Below are positions 1 to 7,965 of a stretch of DNA of 64,000 nt, piece after piece. The position numbers and the translations under genes were made by a program. A model generated the notes under the pieces. It saw nothing but the letters and a program-made list of their open reading frames with translations, was not told the origin of the DNA and did not search any database. How positions within the stretch are numbered: the stretch's first letter is position 1; every line of letters begins with the position of its first letter. Location of the stretch: NCBI GenBank assembly GCA_965216785.1, contig OZ244197.1, positions 480,001 to 544,000 of the forward strand. Direction: 5' to 3'. Source of the stretch: Thermodesulfobacteriota bacterium. GTDB taxonomy: Bacteria > Desulfobacterota_D > UBA1144 > Nemesobacterales > UBA2774.

Positions 1-1
1 T

Positions 2-688
2 GGCGGAAAGAGACTTGGGAGAGCTATTTGTCTGGCTTTAGCCGAGCGGGGCTATGATATTGGTGTGCATTATAATAGCTCTCAGACTGAAGCTGAAGAT
101 ACTGCGGAGGCTGTAGAAGATCTTGGAGTAAACTCTGAGACATTTAAGCATGATCTCTCAAATTCGAGTAGTTCCGGAAAATTTATAAAAGGTGTGGCCA
201 AGGTCTTTCCAAACCTGTGCCTTCTCGTCAACAGCGCTTCATTATTTGAGAACGTGAAATTTAAAGACGTAACGGAAGAGCAGTTCGATAGAGATTTTAA
301 TATAAATTTTAAGTCGCCCTTTTTCCTGTCCCGCTATTTTAGTGAAGAGCCTTCGGCTGAGCACATAGTTAACCTGCTCGACATGAGAGTCTCTCAAATC
401 GAAACCGAGCACTTTGTATATAATCTTTCGAAAAAAACTCTCCGCGATTTTACCCTTATGGCGGCCAAAGCGCTCGGTCCTAAGATACGGGTAAACGGAA
501 TCTGCCCGGGCCCCATACTTCCGCCGCCCGGCATGGACGAAAGATACCTCGAGAAAGTATCGATGGATACGCCTCTTAAGGCTCCGGGGAAACCGGAATA
601 TATAATCACGGCATTAAACTATCTTCTGGACAACCCATATGTTACGGGAGAGTGTCTTTTTGTTGACGGCGGACAGCATCTAACTTAA
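2..688 (+). CDS. Pteridine reductase-like SDR (FolM/PTR1 family), 5' truncated by window edge
   Basis: The frame is open from position 2 (GGKRLGRAICLALAERGYDIGVHYN, the GxxRLG cofactor motif typical of pteridine reductases). It also has catalytic YNLSK, the RVNGICPG motif and C-terminal VDGG, and sits directly upstream of folB/folK. Confidence 0.8.
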   Translation, partial: GGKRLGRAICLALAERGYDIGVHYNSSQTEAEDTAEAVEDLGVNSETFKHDLSNSSSSGKFIKGVAKVFPNLCLLVNSASLFENVKFKDVTEEQFDRDFNINFKSPFFLSRYFSEEPSAEHIVNLLDMRVSQIETEHFVYNLSKKTLRDFTLMAAKALGPKIRVNGICPGPILPPPGMDERYLEKVSMDTPLKAPGKPEYIITALNYLLDNPYVTGECLFVDGGQHLT

Positions 689-701
689 GGAAGAGTGAGA
701 T

Positions 702-1049
702 ATGATAATAAATATAGAGAACTTGAGGCTGAGGACTACGGTAGGCATCTATGAGTGGGAGCAAAAGGTCAAGCAGGACATAGTAATTAATATAGAAATA
801 GAGTTTGACGGCACCCGGGCTATTGCAGAAGACGCCATCGAGCACACAGTAGATTATAAAACCGTAACCAAGAAAATTATCGCTATGGTCGAGGACACGA
901 AGTACAATCTGATAGAAAGGATCTCGGGCGATGTGGTGAGGCTAATTATGGAGGACGAGAAAGTGCTGAGGGCAAGCGTAAAAGTAGATAAGCCCGGAGC
1001 GCTCCGTTTCACAGATTCCGTATCGGTAACAAGTACCGAGACAAGATAA
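702..1049 (+). CDS. folB: Dihydroneopterin aldolase/epimerase (FolB/FolX family)
   Basis: Motifs LRLRTTVGIYEWEQ, QDIVINI, VDYKTV and DKPGALRF; 115 aa T-fold size; folate gene context. FolB versus FolX activity cannot be resolved by eye. Confidence 0.8.
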   Translation: MIINIENLRLRTTVGIYEWEQKVKQDIVINIEIEFDGTRAIAEDAIEHTVDYKTVTKKIIAMVEDTKYNLIERISGDVVRLIMEDEKVLRASVKVDKPGALRFTDSVSVTSTETR

Positions 1050-1067
1050 TTTAAGTCATCAAATATT

Positions 1068-1460
1068 ATGAAACACAATAGAGTTGTGATAGGTGTAGGT
1101 TCTAATATAAAACCTGAAAAAAATATAGCCCTTGCAAAGGCGGAGATTGAATCCGCGCACGAGCTTTTGAAAGCTTCTTCGTTTGTAAAGACCGAACCCC
1201 TGGGATTTAAGAACCAGGACAAATTCACAAACGGGGCGTTTCTAATTCGTACAGAAATGGATCTGGACGAGCTCAAGTCATGGTTAAATAATCTTGAGAG
1301 CAAACTGGGAAGGGTAAAGACCGAAAACAAAAACGGTCCCAGAACAATCGATCTCGACATTCTCGTATGGAACGGAGAAATAGTGGACGGAGATGTAGCT
1401 GAGCGTAAGTTTTTAAGAGAATCAATTGACGAGCTCATGCCTGACCTAGAGATCAAATAG
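1068..1460 (+). CDS. folK: 2-amino-4-hydroxy-6-hydroxymethyldihydropteridine pyrophosphokinase (short variant)
   Basis: Motifs IGVGSNI, TEPLG, QDKFTNG, LESKLGR and GPRTIDLDIL. Confidence 0.92.
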   Translation: MKHNRVVIGVGSNIKPEKNIALAKAEIESAHELLKASSFVKTEPLGFKNQDKFTNGAFLIRTEMDLDELKSWLNNLESKLGRVKTENKNGPRTIDLDILVWNGEIVDGDVAERKFLRESIDELMPDLEIK

Positions 1461-1580
1461 GAATAAGGAAGAAACACAAACCCCTAAAATATAATACTCT
1501 GGCATAACCTTTATATATCTATTAATATCTAAATCAGGGGATAGTTTAAAATACTTTCTTACAAATGCGGGAGGTATTGC

Positions 1581-2213
1581 ATGAATACTAACTATCTGGC
1601 GGTTTTACTGGGCATTTTCTTTATATTTTCAGCGGCATACTCTGACGCCCAAGAAGAAAAAGAGCGTATCGTTAGGGGCAATATCGTTTGTGTTGAATTA
1701 GATGAAACCGGCGGGGCCAGCGTGTCAGAAGATTTCACACAGTGCGAGGGAGTGGTCTATATGCTGGGAGTTGACGGTAAGATATCCTCTATCCACGGCT
1801 CTGAGCAAGAGATGAAGAAATTGAGCGCCAGCTCAAAAACCAGAATGGGCTACCGTCTTCCGCTAAGGCTAAAGGGCACGGACGCCGGACACCAAAGGGC
1901 ATGGCGGCTCTACATGCAATCACTTGTGCCTCTGGACGAAGGAGACTCCGCGGAGGTAACAGTGACCGGCACCATTCACTGCCTGTTCCCAGATTACAAA
2001 GAAGGTAGTGTTACCCCTGAAATCGCTACAGCGCCATGTAATGAATATGAAAACCACGCGCATGTGATCTATACAGACGAGGGACAAACCTATGCATTAC
2101 ACGGTCCGCATGAGAAAATTACCGCTATTGAAATGACTTCTAACAGAGAAAACGTGACTCTCACAGGAAACCTACAGGGTAATAGCAGCGGCTGGATACT
2201 GTACATTAATTAG
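1581..2213 (+). CDS. Secreted hypothetical protein with two tandem Cys-containing repeats
   Basis: GGGAGG Shine-Dalgarno upstream; signal peptide ending in SDA; the two halves resemble each other. Confidence 0.75.
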   Translation: MNTNYLAVLLGIFFIFSAAYSDAQEEKERIVRGNIVCVELDETGGASVSEDFTQCEGVVYMLGVDGKISSIHGSEQEMKKLSASSKTRMGYRLPLRLKGTDAGHQRAWRLYMQSLVPLDEGDSAEVTVTGTIHCLFPDYKEGSVTPEIATAPCNEYENHAHVIYTDEGQTYALHGPHEKITAIEMTSNRENVTLTGNLQGNSSGWILYIN

Positions 2214-2234
2214 AGTCTAATCCTGACTTGATGA

Positions 2235-2837
2235 TTAAAAGTAAACACAGTAGTGAAGGAGCCGTCCTTCAAATATATTCTCCTGAACCTCATACTCTCT
2301 CCCTATTGTCTCAAGCTCATCGAAATCAAAATTCTTTGGCAGCCTCATAACTATAGAGCCCGAGACTTTAAATGCCAGATGTAGAAGCGTTGTTCCGTCG
2401 GGCTCAAAATCCGAGAGATTAAACTTACTCTTCTCATTGTAGTCTGTCCCTCCCCACGGGGGGTCAAGAAATACGGTATCGGGTTTAAGAGTAGGAAGTA
2501 TGTCGGTAGTATCGCCGAGCCGAAAATCAATAGCGCCGCCAACACCGAATAGAGAAGCGTTTCTTTCTGCCATACCCAGTCTCTTTATATCACTATCTAT
2601 GGCGATTACTTTCTTGCCCGCTCTGGCAAACCCTATTGCCATTCCTCCAACGCCGCAAAAAGCATCTACTACCAAATCGCCGGGCGTCTTCTCTGCTATA
2701 TCGAGAGCTATAGGCTCAAGCGCAAGCGAGAAAAGCCCCTCCTCGTCAAACTCCATTCTCTTTTCCACATCGCTCAACCGGTCCCAGTAGTGCTGGAAAT
2801 GAGAACCAAACGGGCAAATATCAATGCTCTTAGTCAT
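2235..2837 (-). CDS. Tgs1-like (RNA cap guanine-N2 methyltransferase family) SAM-dependent methyltransferase
   Basis: Motifs DEEGLFS..EPIA, VVDAFCGVGG, VIAIDSD, VFLDPPWGGTDY and LPKN. Start moved to ATG 2837, which forms an ATGA overlap with the upstream stop. Confidence 0.8.
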   Translation of the reverse strand: MTKSIDICPFGSHFQHYWDRLSDVEKRMEFDEEGLFSLALEPIALDIAEKTPGDLVVDAFCGVGGMAIGFARAGKKVIAIDSDIKRLGMAERNASLFGVGGAIDFRLGDTTDILPTLKPDTVFLDPPWGGTDYNEKSKFNLSDFEPDGTTLLHLAFKVSGSIVMRLPKNFDFDELETIGREYEVQENIFEGRLLHYCVYF

Positions 2838-3916
2838 TGTTGAGACCCAAACCACCCGGATAAAACGCCTTCCGCTTTCTTACCGTAAGGTGTGAAACCC
2901 AGGGGGATATTTCCTCGCTCATAACTGTTCATATCCGTAAAATATTTCCAAACGAAAACGCCCGCAAGATATGGCTTATCCCTAAAGACGAGCGAGGTCG
3001 CCTCATAAGCTAGCGCCTGCTCTTCCTGGCTCGCCTTCCCGTCTTTACTCCACTCCCAGGGCTTAATCGTAGTACCCTCTACAGACTTATAGCCTATCTC
3101 AGTAAAAATCACTTTTTTATTGAATTTCTGTGATAACTCTCTGATTTCGGGCTCGTATTTATTCCAGCCCGACACGAGCTCTTTAAGCGTCGGGTTATTT
3201 TTATCTGATAGCGGGAAGTACGCGTCTATTCCGATATAGTCTAGCAAGCCCCAGAACTCGATCTTCTTTGCGTTCATACCCTCGGCTGCGTAAGCGAGCT
3301 TGCCTGAGTATATACCTCTTACATCACTGATGAGCGCATTCCATTCTTTCGTGTATTTGCTCATACCTACAAGCTCTGTTCCGACAACGAGAATCTCCAC
3401 GCCTGTTTGTTCCGCCAGCGCCGCCTCTGATAGAATAAACTTTCCATAACTCGAGAACCACTCTTTCCTCTCTATTGGGTCTTCGAAGTCAATCTTATTT
3501 CTCCAGTTATCTAAATCAAGGTTATGTCCCCCGATCCATATGTGCGGCTTCAGCATTACCCTAAACCCGGCTTCCCGTAAATTCTCTATTTCCGCCCTCA
3601 TAAACTTTTCGGCCATTGTCGGATCGTGACCCATAATAACCTCCGTATCTTTCCTGCTCCTCATGTACGCAAATGTATTGAGCTGGACTGTGTCGTACCC
3701 CACGCTGCTCAGATGGGAGTGCATAGCTTTTGACGGCATCGAGCCGTAACCGTTTCCTATCTTGTGTATATGGGCGAGCACAGCTCCTTTGTATTCGAGC
3801 GCTCCGCTTTGGGAAGGTTCGGGCTGCTTTTCTAGCTTATTTGTTAAAGCTGTTGCCGCCAAAATAAAAACAGAAGAGACCAGGATCAGGAGTGCAATCT
3901 TTAAATGACTTTTCAT
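2834..3916 (-). CDS. Glycoside hydrolase family 113-like TIM-barrel protein, exported or membrane-anchored
   Basis: Motifs VMLKPHIW, VVGTEL (acid/base Glu), YIGIDAYFPL and IFTEIGY (nucleophile Glu); N-terminal hydrophobic segment. Confidence 0.8.
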   Translation of the reverse strand: MKSHLKIALLILVSSVFILAATALTNKLEKQPEPSQSGALEYKGAVLAHIHKIGNGYGSMPSKAMHSHLSSVGYDTVQLNTFAYMRSRKDTEVIMGHDPTMAEKFMRAEIENLREAGFRVMLKPHIWIGGHNLDLDNWRNKIDFEDPIERKEWFSSYGKFILSEAALAEQTGVEILVVGTELVGMSKYTKEWNALISDVRGIYSGKLAYAAEGMNAKKIEFWGLLDYIGIDAYFPLSDKNNPTLKELVSGWNKYEPEIRELSQKFNKKVIFTEIGYKSVEGTTIKPWEWSKDGKASQEEQALAYEATSLVFRDKPYLAGVFVWKYFTDMNSYERGNIPLGFTPYGKKAEGVLSGWFGSQQ

Positions 3917-3931
3917 TTGTGTTCCCTATAA

Positions 3932-4735
3932 TTAGCTGCGAGTCAGCGCCTTTTGACTCTTAAGGTTACCCAGGAATTTATTCATTTGATCGTAGTGTGA
4001 TCCTTTCCAATACACTTTGCCACAAACTAGGCACTGATAGAATTCATCAAAATATCTTTTTGTTTTTGGCTCCAAATAGCTCAAGATATCGTTTTTCTCT
4101 ACAGGCTTTATCGAACCGTTACACTCAAGGCATCTATTAAAAGGCTTTATGTCTGAGGATAGCTCAAACCTCCTGAGTACTTCTATAATCTGCTCATTAC
4201 GGCGTGTAGACCGCACCCAATATCCGTGGGTGATGATTCTCTGTCTTAGCAAACGGCGGTCGCGGGTGAGCACTATCCTGCTTTCACTGTTTGCTAACAG
4301 AGCTATGTCACGGTCTGTATACTGGTTACTGTAAACCGCATCAAAACCGCACATACGAAGAAGCTTTGCCAGCTTCCCCAGATTTACATCAACGATAAAT
4401 AAGGGCTCGGGTTTCTCCCTAAGATTCACTTTAGGTGAAAGAATTATGGTATTAAAGGCGGGATAAACCGAGGCTTGATCCCCATTCACTAAGTGATAAT
4501 TAAAACCGACTGAGCTCCCGTTTACGATAATTAAATCCACTTCCGTGTGGGGCACGCCAATGGCTTCTATGGAATCTTTAACGGAAGGTTTACCTTCAAA
4601 CTCGTACTGAATCGATTGGTTTTTGGATTGGACGGGCAGAAAATCGTTAAGGTCATCATGGAACTGAAAGAAAGCTTTATATTGAGACCCCTTATTTAGC
4701 TTTGGTGATTGCTGAGTACTCTCTGAAGACATCAC
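3932..4735 (-). CDS. Ubiquitin-like (Ub-Mut7C) domain plus Mut7-C PIN-like RNase with Zn ribbon
   Basis: SVKDSIEAIGVPHTEVDLIIVNG (Ub-Mut7C); FIVDVNLGKLAKLLR..GFD and LTRDR (Mut7-C acidic residues); CLECNG...CLVCGKVYWKGSH Zn ribbon. Confidence 0.88.
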   Translation of the reverse strand: MMSSESTQQSPKLNKGSQYKAFFQFHDDLNDFLPVQSKNQSIQYEFEGKPSVKDSIEAIGVPHTEVDLIIVNGSSVGFNYHLVNGDQASVYPAFNTIILSPKVNLREKPEPLFIVDVNLGKLAKLLRMCGFDAVYSNQYTDRDIALLANSESRIVLTRDRRLLRQRIITHGYWVRSTRRNEQIIEVLRRFELSSDIKPFNRCLECNGSIKPVEKNDILSYLEPKTKRYFDEFYQCLVCGKVYWKGSHYDQMNKFLGNLKSQKALTRS

Positions 4736-4799
4736 ATATAAAATTACATGCTTGAGAATACGTTTTAAACAGATTTATATCTATAAGGGACTTGAGTAT

Positions 4800-6173
4800 C
4801 TAAGGTTCAGATCGGATTGAGGCGCCTCGTTTTCGGTCAAGATACAGCCACGCTACCAGAAGACTGAAGAAGGTAAAAACCCCGGTTGTTACGAATACAA
4901 CTCTGTAATCGTGAATCTCCTGAAGCAGGGCGCTCAATACGGCCAGTCCAATAGTTGCGCCGAAGATCTGGGCTGTAAGCACAATACCGCTTGCCTGACC
5001 CTGTTTTTCAGGCGAAACCGTATTCATCACGGCTACCAATGCGGGAGCGAACATCCAAGCGACAGAAAGCCCCCAGGCAATAAGTGTGGGAACGATGTAT
5101 AAATAACGGTCAGAATGCACTGTCAAACCCATCGAAACCATGGCTATTGCAGCCAGAAGCAGACCTGCGAGCACTGGATACCTGGGCCCGAACCTATCGG
5201 TTGCGCTACCGGCCAGCGCTGCCGTTAGCGGGATTGGCGCAATAGCGGGAAATAGAGCTAAACCCGCCTTGAGAGAGTCCATTTTCAGAATTTCCTGAAA
5301 ATATAGCGCGCCGAATACCATTACAGCTATTTTAGTAAACTGGCCGGTGAATATGACCAGGTTTGAGGAAGAAAAAGTTCCGTTTTTAAAGAGGTCGATC
5401 TCTATCAGGGGCTCACTTACTCTTAACTCGGCTGCGGTAAAAAACACAAGGAATACGGCTGAGGCAACAAATAACCCTATGATTACCGGGGAACTCCACC
5501 CCCAGTCAGGGCCCTGCATTATCGCCAGAACGAGTGAGCTTAAACCGATAATGAGCGATACGAGTCCGGGAAAATCAATGTGGGGTCTGGGAACTTCGAA
5601 TGTCGGCTCGCGCCACGCGGCTAAAAATCCACCCACGATTAAGATTATGACCGGAATGTTGATCCAGAATATCCACCGCCATGATATCTCATCGCTGAGA
5701 TACCCTCCTACGAGCGGCCCGAGCGCGCTGCAAGTAGATCCGATCGCACCGTATATACCCATAGCCATACCCCTTTGCTCCGCCGGAAAAGTTAGGGCTA
5801 AAAGCGCCATGGAGGCAGGGAATATCACAGCTGCTCCAAGACCCTGAAAAGCTCTCGCCACCAGTATCCATGTGGAGGTTTGGGCAAAACCGGTAAGTAG
5901 AGAGAATAGACCGAATACCAGGACTCCCGTTACAAATAGCCTCTTATAACCGACAATATCCCCGAGCTTGCCTCCTACAGCGATAAACCCGGCTATCACT
6001 AGGAGATAGGAGTTTATTACCCAGTGTGACAGCACAATCGTCATCGAGAGGTCACGCTGTATGGTAGGCAGGGCCACGGCCACAACGGTCTCGTCGAGCA
6101 TTATCAACCCGAAAGCCAAGCTTGCGGACACGAGTACAATCCATTTCCGGTTCTGATCGTTTATTAGTGCCAT
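4800..6173 (-). CDS. MFS drug:H+ antiporter, DHA2 (EmrB/QacA) family
   Basis: Motifs LDETVVAVALPTI, GKLGDIVGYKR, RAFQGLG, GPLVGG and WRWIFWINIP; about 14 hydrophobic segments. Confidence 0.9.
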   Translation of the reverse strand: MALINDQNRKWIVLVSASLAFGLIMLDETVVAVALPTIQRDLSMTIVLSHWVINSYLLVIAGFIAVGGKLGDIVGYKRLFVTGVLVFGLFSLLTGFAQTSTWILVARAFQGLGAAVIFPASMALLALTFPAEQRGMAMGIYGAIGSTCSALGPLVGGYLSDEISWRWIFWINIPVIILIVGGFLAAWREPTFEVPRPHIDFPGLVSLIIGLSSLVLAIMQGPDWGWSSPVIIGLFVASAVFLVFFTAAELRVSEPLIEIDLFKNGTFSSSNLVIFTGQFTKIAVMVFGALYFQEILKMDSLKAGLALFPAIAPIPLTAALAGSATDRFGPRYPVLAGLLLAAIAMVSMGLTVHSDRYLYIVPTLIAWGLSVAWMFAPALVAVMNTVSPEKQGQASGIVLTAQIFGATIGLAVLSALLQEIHDYRVVFVTTGVFTFFSLLVAWLYLDRKRGASIRSEP

Positions 6174-6195
6174 TACCGCCCGGCACTCAGTATAA

Positions 6196-7872
6196 CTATG
6201 ATGGCTGAAAATTAAAAATCGTAGATAGATATTCCTTAAGGTCAGATGCGCTTGCAGGCTGGTTACGGAACGCTATATAGCCGTCGGGGCGTATTAGATA
6301 CAAACTCGCCTTGGCCGCTCCGAAGTCCCTGTGCATTTCAAGGTCTCTATCCACCCAGGTAGAGGTAACTTCCGGCTGCCCAGAGGCAAGTTCATCTGAT
6401 GCTAGAATTAAATGCGGCTCTATCAGATTGCCATACTCCCCTGTAACATGGTCATAAATTGCGGTAATTTCCTTAATCTCCATATCCTCAGGCGCTTTTC
6501 CCGTAAAAATTAGAAGCTCATGCTCGGCTCCCTTAAAGAGCTTGTAGAGATCTATGATATCATGGCCGTCAGTGCTTAATAGCGTGTAATCCTTTACCCT
6601 CTCCCCAGCCTGTAAATCGTGCTCGTGAGGCATGTAACCGGGTGCATCTGTAGACTCAAACCACCTTTCCTCAACTATCGGGCTGTCTTTGTAATGATAA
6701 TCAATCTGTGTGAGTATATTAACAATTTTATGCTGAACCGGATCAATTTTAGATAAGACACCGATCATCTTGTTTCTTATCGCGCTCAGGACCGGGCTAT
6801 GAATTGTAGCCATCTTGGTGGTGGTGTCCGTGAGCTCCACTACTTCCTTTCCAATTTTATGTCTTTCAATGTTATAACTATCCAGAATTGTTTCGGGTGA
6901 TTTGCCTTGCAGCACGAGCGCAGTTTTCCAGGCCAGGTTATAGGCGTCCTGAATCCCGGTATTCATTCCCTGACCACCCATCGGGCTGTGTATGTGAGCT
7001 GCGTCACCCGCTAAAAACACTCGTCCCTCGCTGTAGCGGTCCACCATCCTGTGATGGAGCTTAAAGTAAGCAAGCCAATTTGGGTCCGTAACGCTGCTAA
7101 AATCAATCTCTCTTTCCTCTAGCAGCCTGTGTACGTCGTCAATAGTGGGAGGGGGCATATCTTCATCTATCGGAGCATTTTCAAGATCGAACATCAGCCT
7201 CCCTCTATCTGCTCTAAGCGGGAAGTAGGCCGAAACCCCCGTCGGGTGGATAAAAATCGAAAGGTGAAAAATCGGGTATTTCCAGTCAATATTGCAGTCG
7301 GCCAGGAGCCAGTAATTTGGGTACGGGGCTCCCTTGAAGTCAAAATTAAGTAAATGACGCGTAGTGCTGTGCGCGCCGTCACATCCGGCAAGATAGCGGC
7401 AGGTGAGGCTCTCTTCAATGCCGCCTTTTAACTTGATTGAGGCCGTTACGCTGTCCCCATGCTGCTGTAAACCCGAAAGCTCAATTTCCCGCTCGACCTC
7501 AACTCCGAGAGAATTCAGATGTTCGTTTAAAATCCTTTCAGTGTCACTCTGGGCCAACATTACTACGAACGGGTATTTACTTTCAAGACCCTCAAAGGAT
7601 ACGCTGGCTAGCGGCTCCCCACGGTTGTACATATCAAACGCGTTACAGGCGTTTCCTTGGGATAAAATCTCGTCCACAATACCCATATTATCAAATAGCT
7701 CGAGTGTGCGGGGGTGAATTCCAAACGCTCTTGATTTGTCTGCGGGCGCAGGTGCTTTATCTATAATCCTTGGAGTAACACCGCGGCGTAAAAGCTCACA
7801 TGCCAGAGTAAGTCCTGTGGGCCCTGCACCTACTATCAGTACATCCGTATCTATTCCGCTTGAATTGGCCAT
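6196..7872 (-). CDS. FAD-dependent aromatic monooxygenase (group A, PcpB/Rox-like) with C-terminal thioredoxin-like domain
   Basis: Motifs VLIVGAGPTGL, GCDGAHS, FLAGDAAHIHSPMGGQGMNTGIQDA and LIRPDGYIA. Confidence 0.9.
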   Translation of the reverse strand: MANSSGIDTDVLIVGAGPTGLTLACELLRRGVTPRIIDKAPAPADKSRAFGIHPRTLELFDNMGIVDEILSQGNACNAFDMYNRGEPLASVSFEGLESKYPFVVMLAQSDTERILNEHLNSLGVEVEREIELSGLQQHGDSVTASIKLKGGIEESLTCRYLAGCDGAHSTTRHLLNFDFKGAPYPNYWLLADCNIDWKYPIFHLSIFIHPTGVSAYFPLRADRGRLMFDLENAPIDEDMPPPTIDDVHRLLEEREIDFSSVTDPNWLAYFKLHHRMVDRYSEGRVFLAGDAAHIHSPMGGQGMNTGIQDAYNLAWKTALVLQGKSPETILDSYNIERHKIGKEVVELTDTTTKMATIHSPVLSAIRNKMIGVLSKIDPVQHKIVNILTQIDYHYKDSPIVEERWFESTDAPGYMPHEHDLQAGERVKDYTLLSTDGHDIIDLYKLFKGAEHELLIFTGKAPEDMEIKEITAIYDHVTGEYGNLIEPHLILASDELASGQPEVTSTWVDRDLEMHRDFGAAKASLYLIRPDGYIAFRNQPASASDLKEYLSTIFNFQPS

Positions 7873-7965
7873 ATTATCCAGCTTCTCTTGTTAGTGTGGT
7901 GCCACTGCACACATAATCATAACCCCGAAGAGGGATTGCGATAGATAATTTTTTACAGATACACC

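Noticed and set aside
854-1477. 207-aa minus-strand ORF
   Set aside because: Antisense shadow of folB/folK with no recognisable motifs.
1499-1515. TGGCAT-containing possible sigma54 promoter upstream of the 1581 gene
   Set aside because: The -12 position reads TTAT instead of TTGC, so the required GC is missing.
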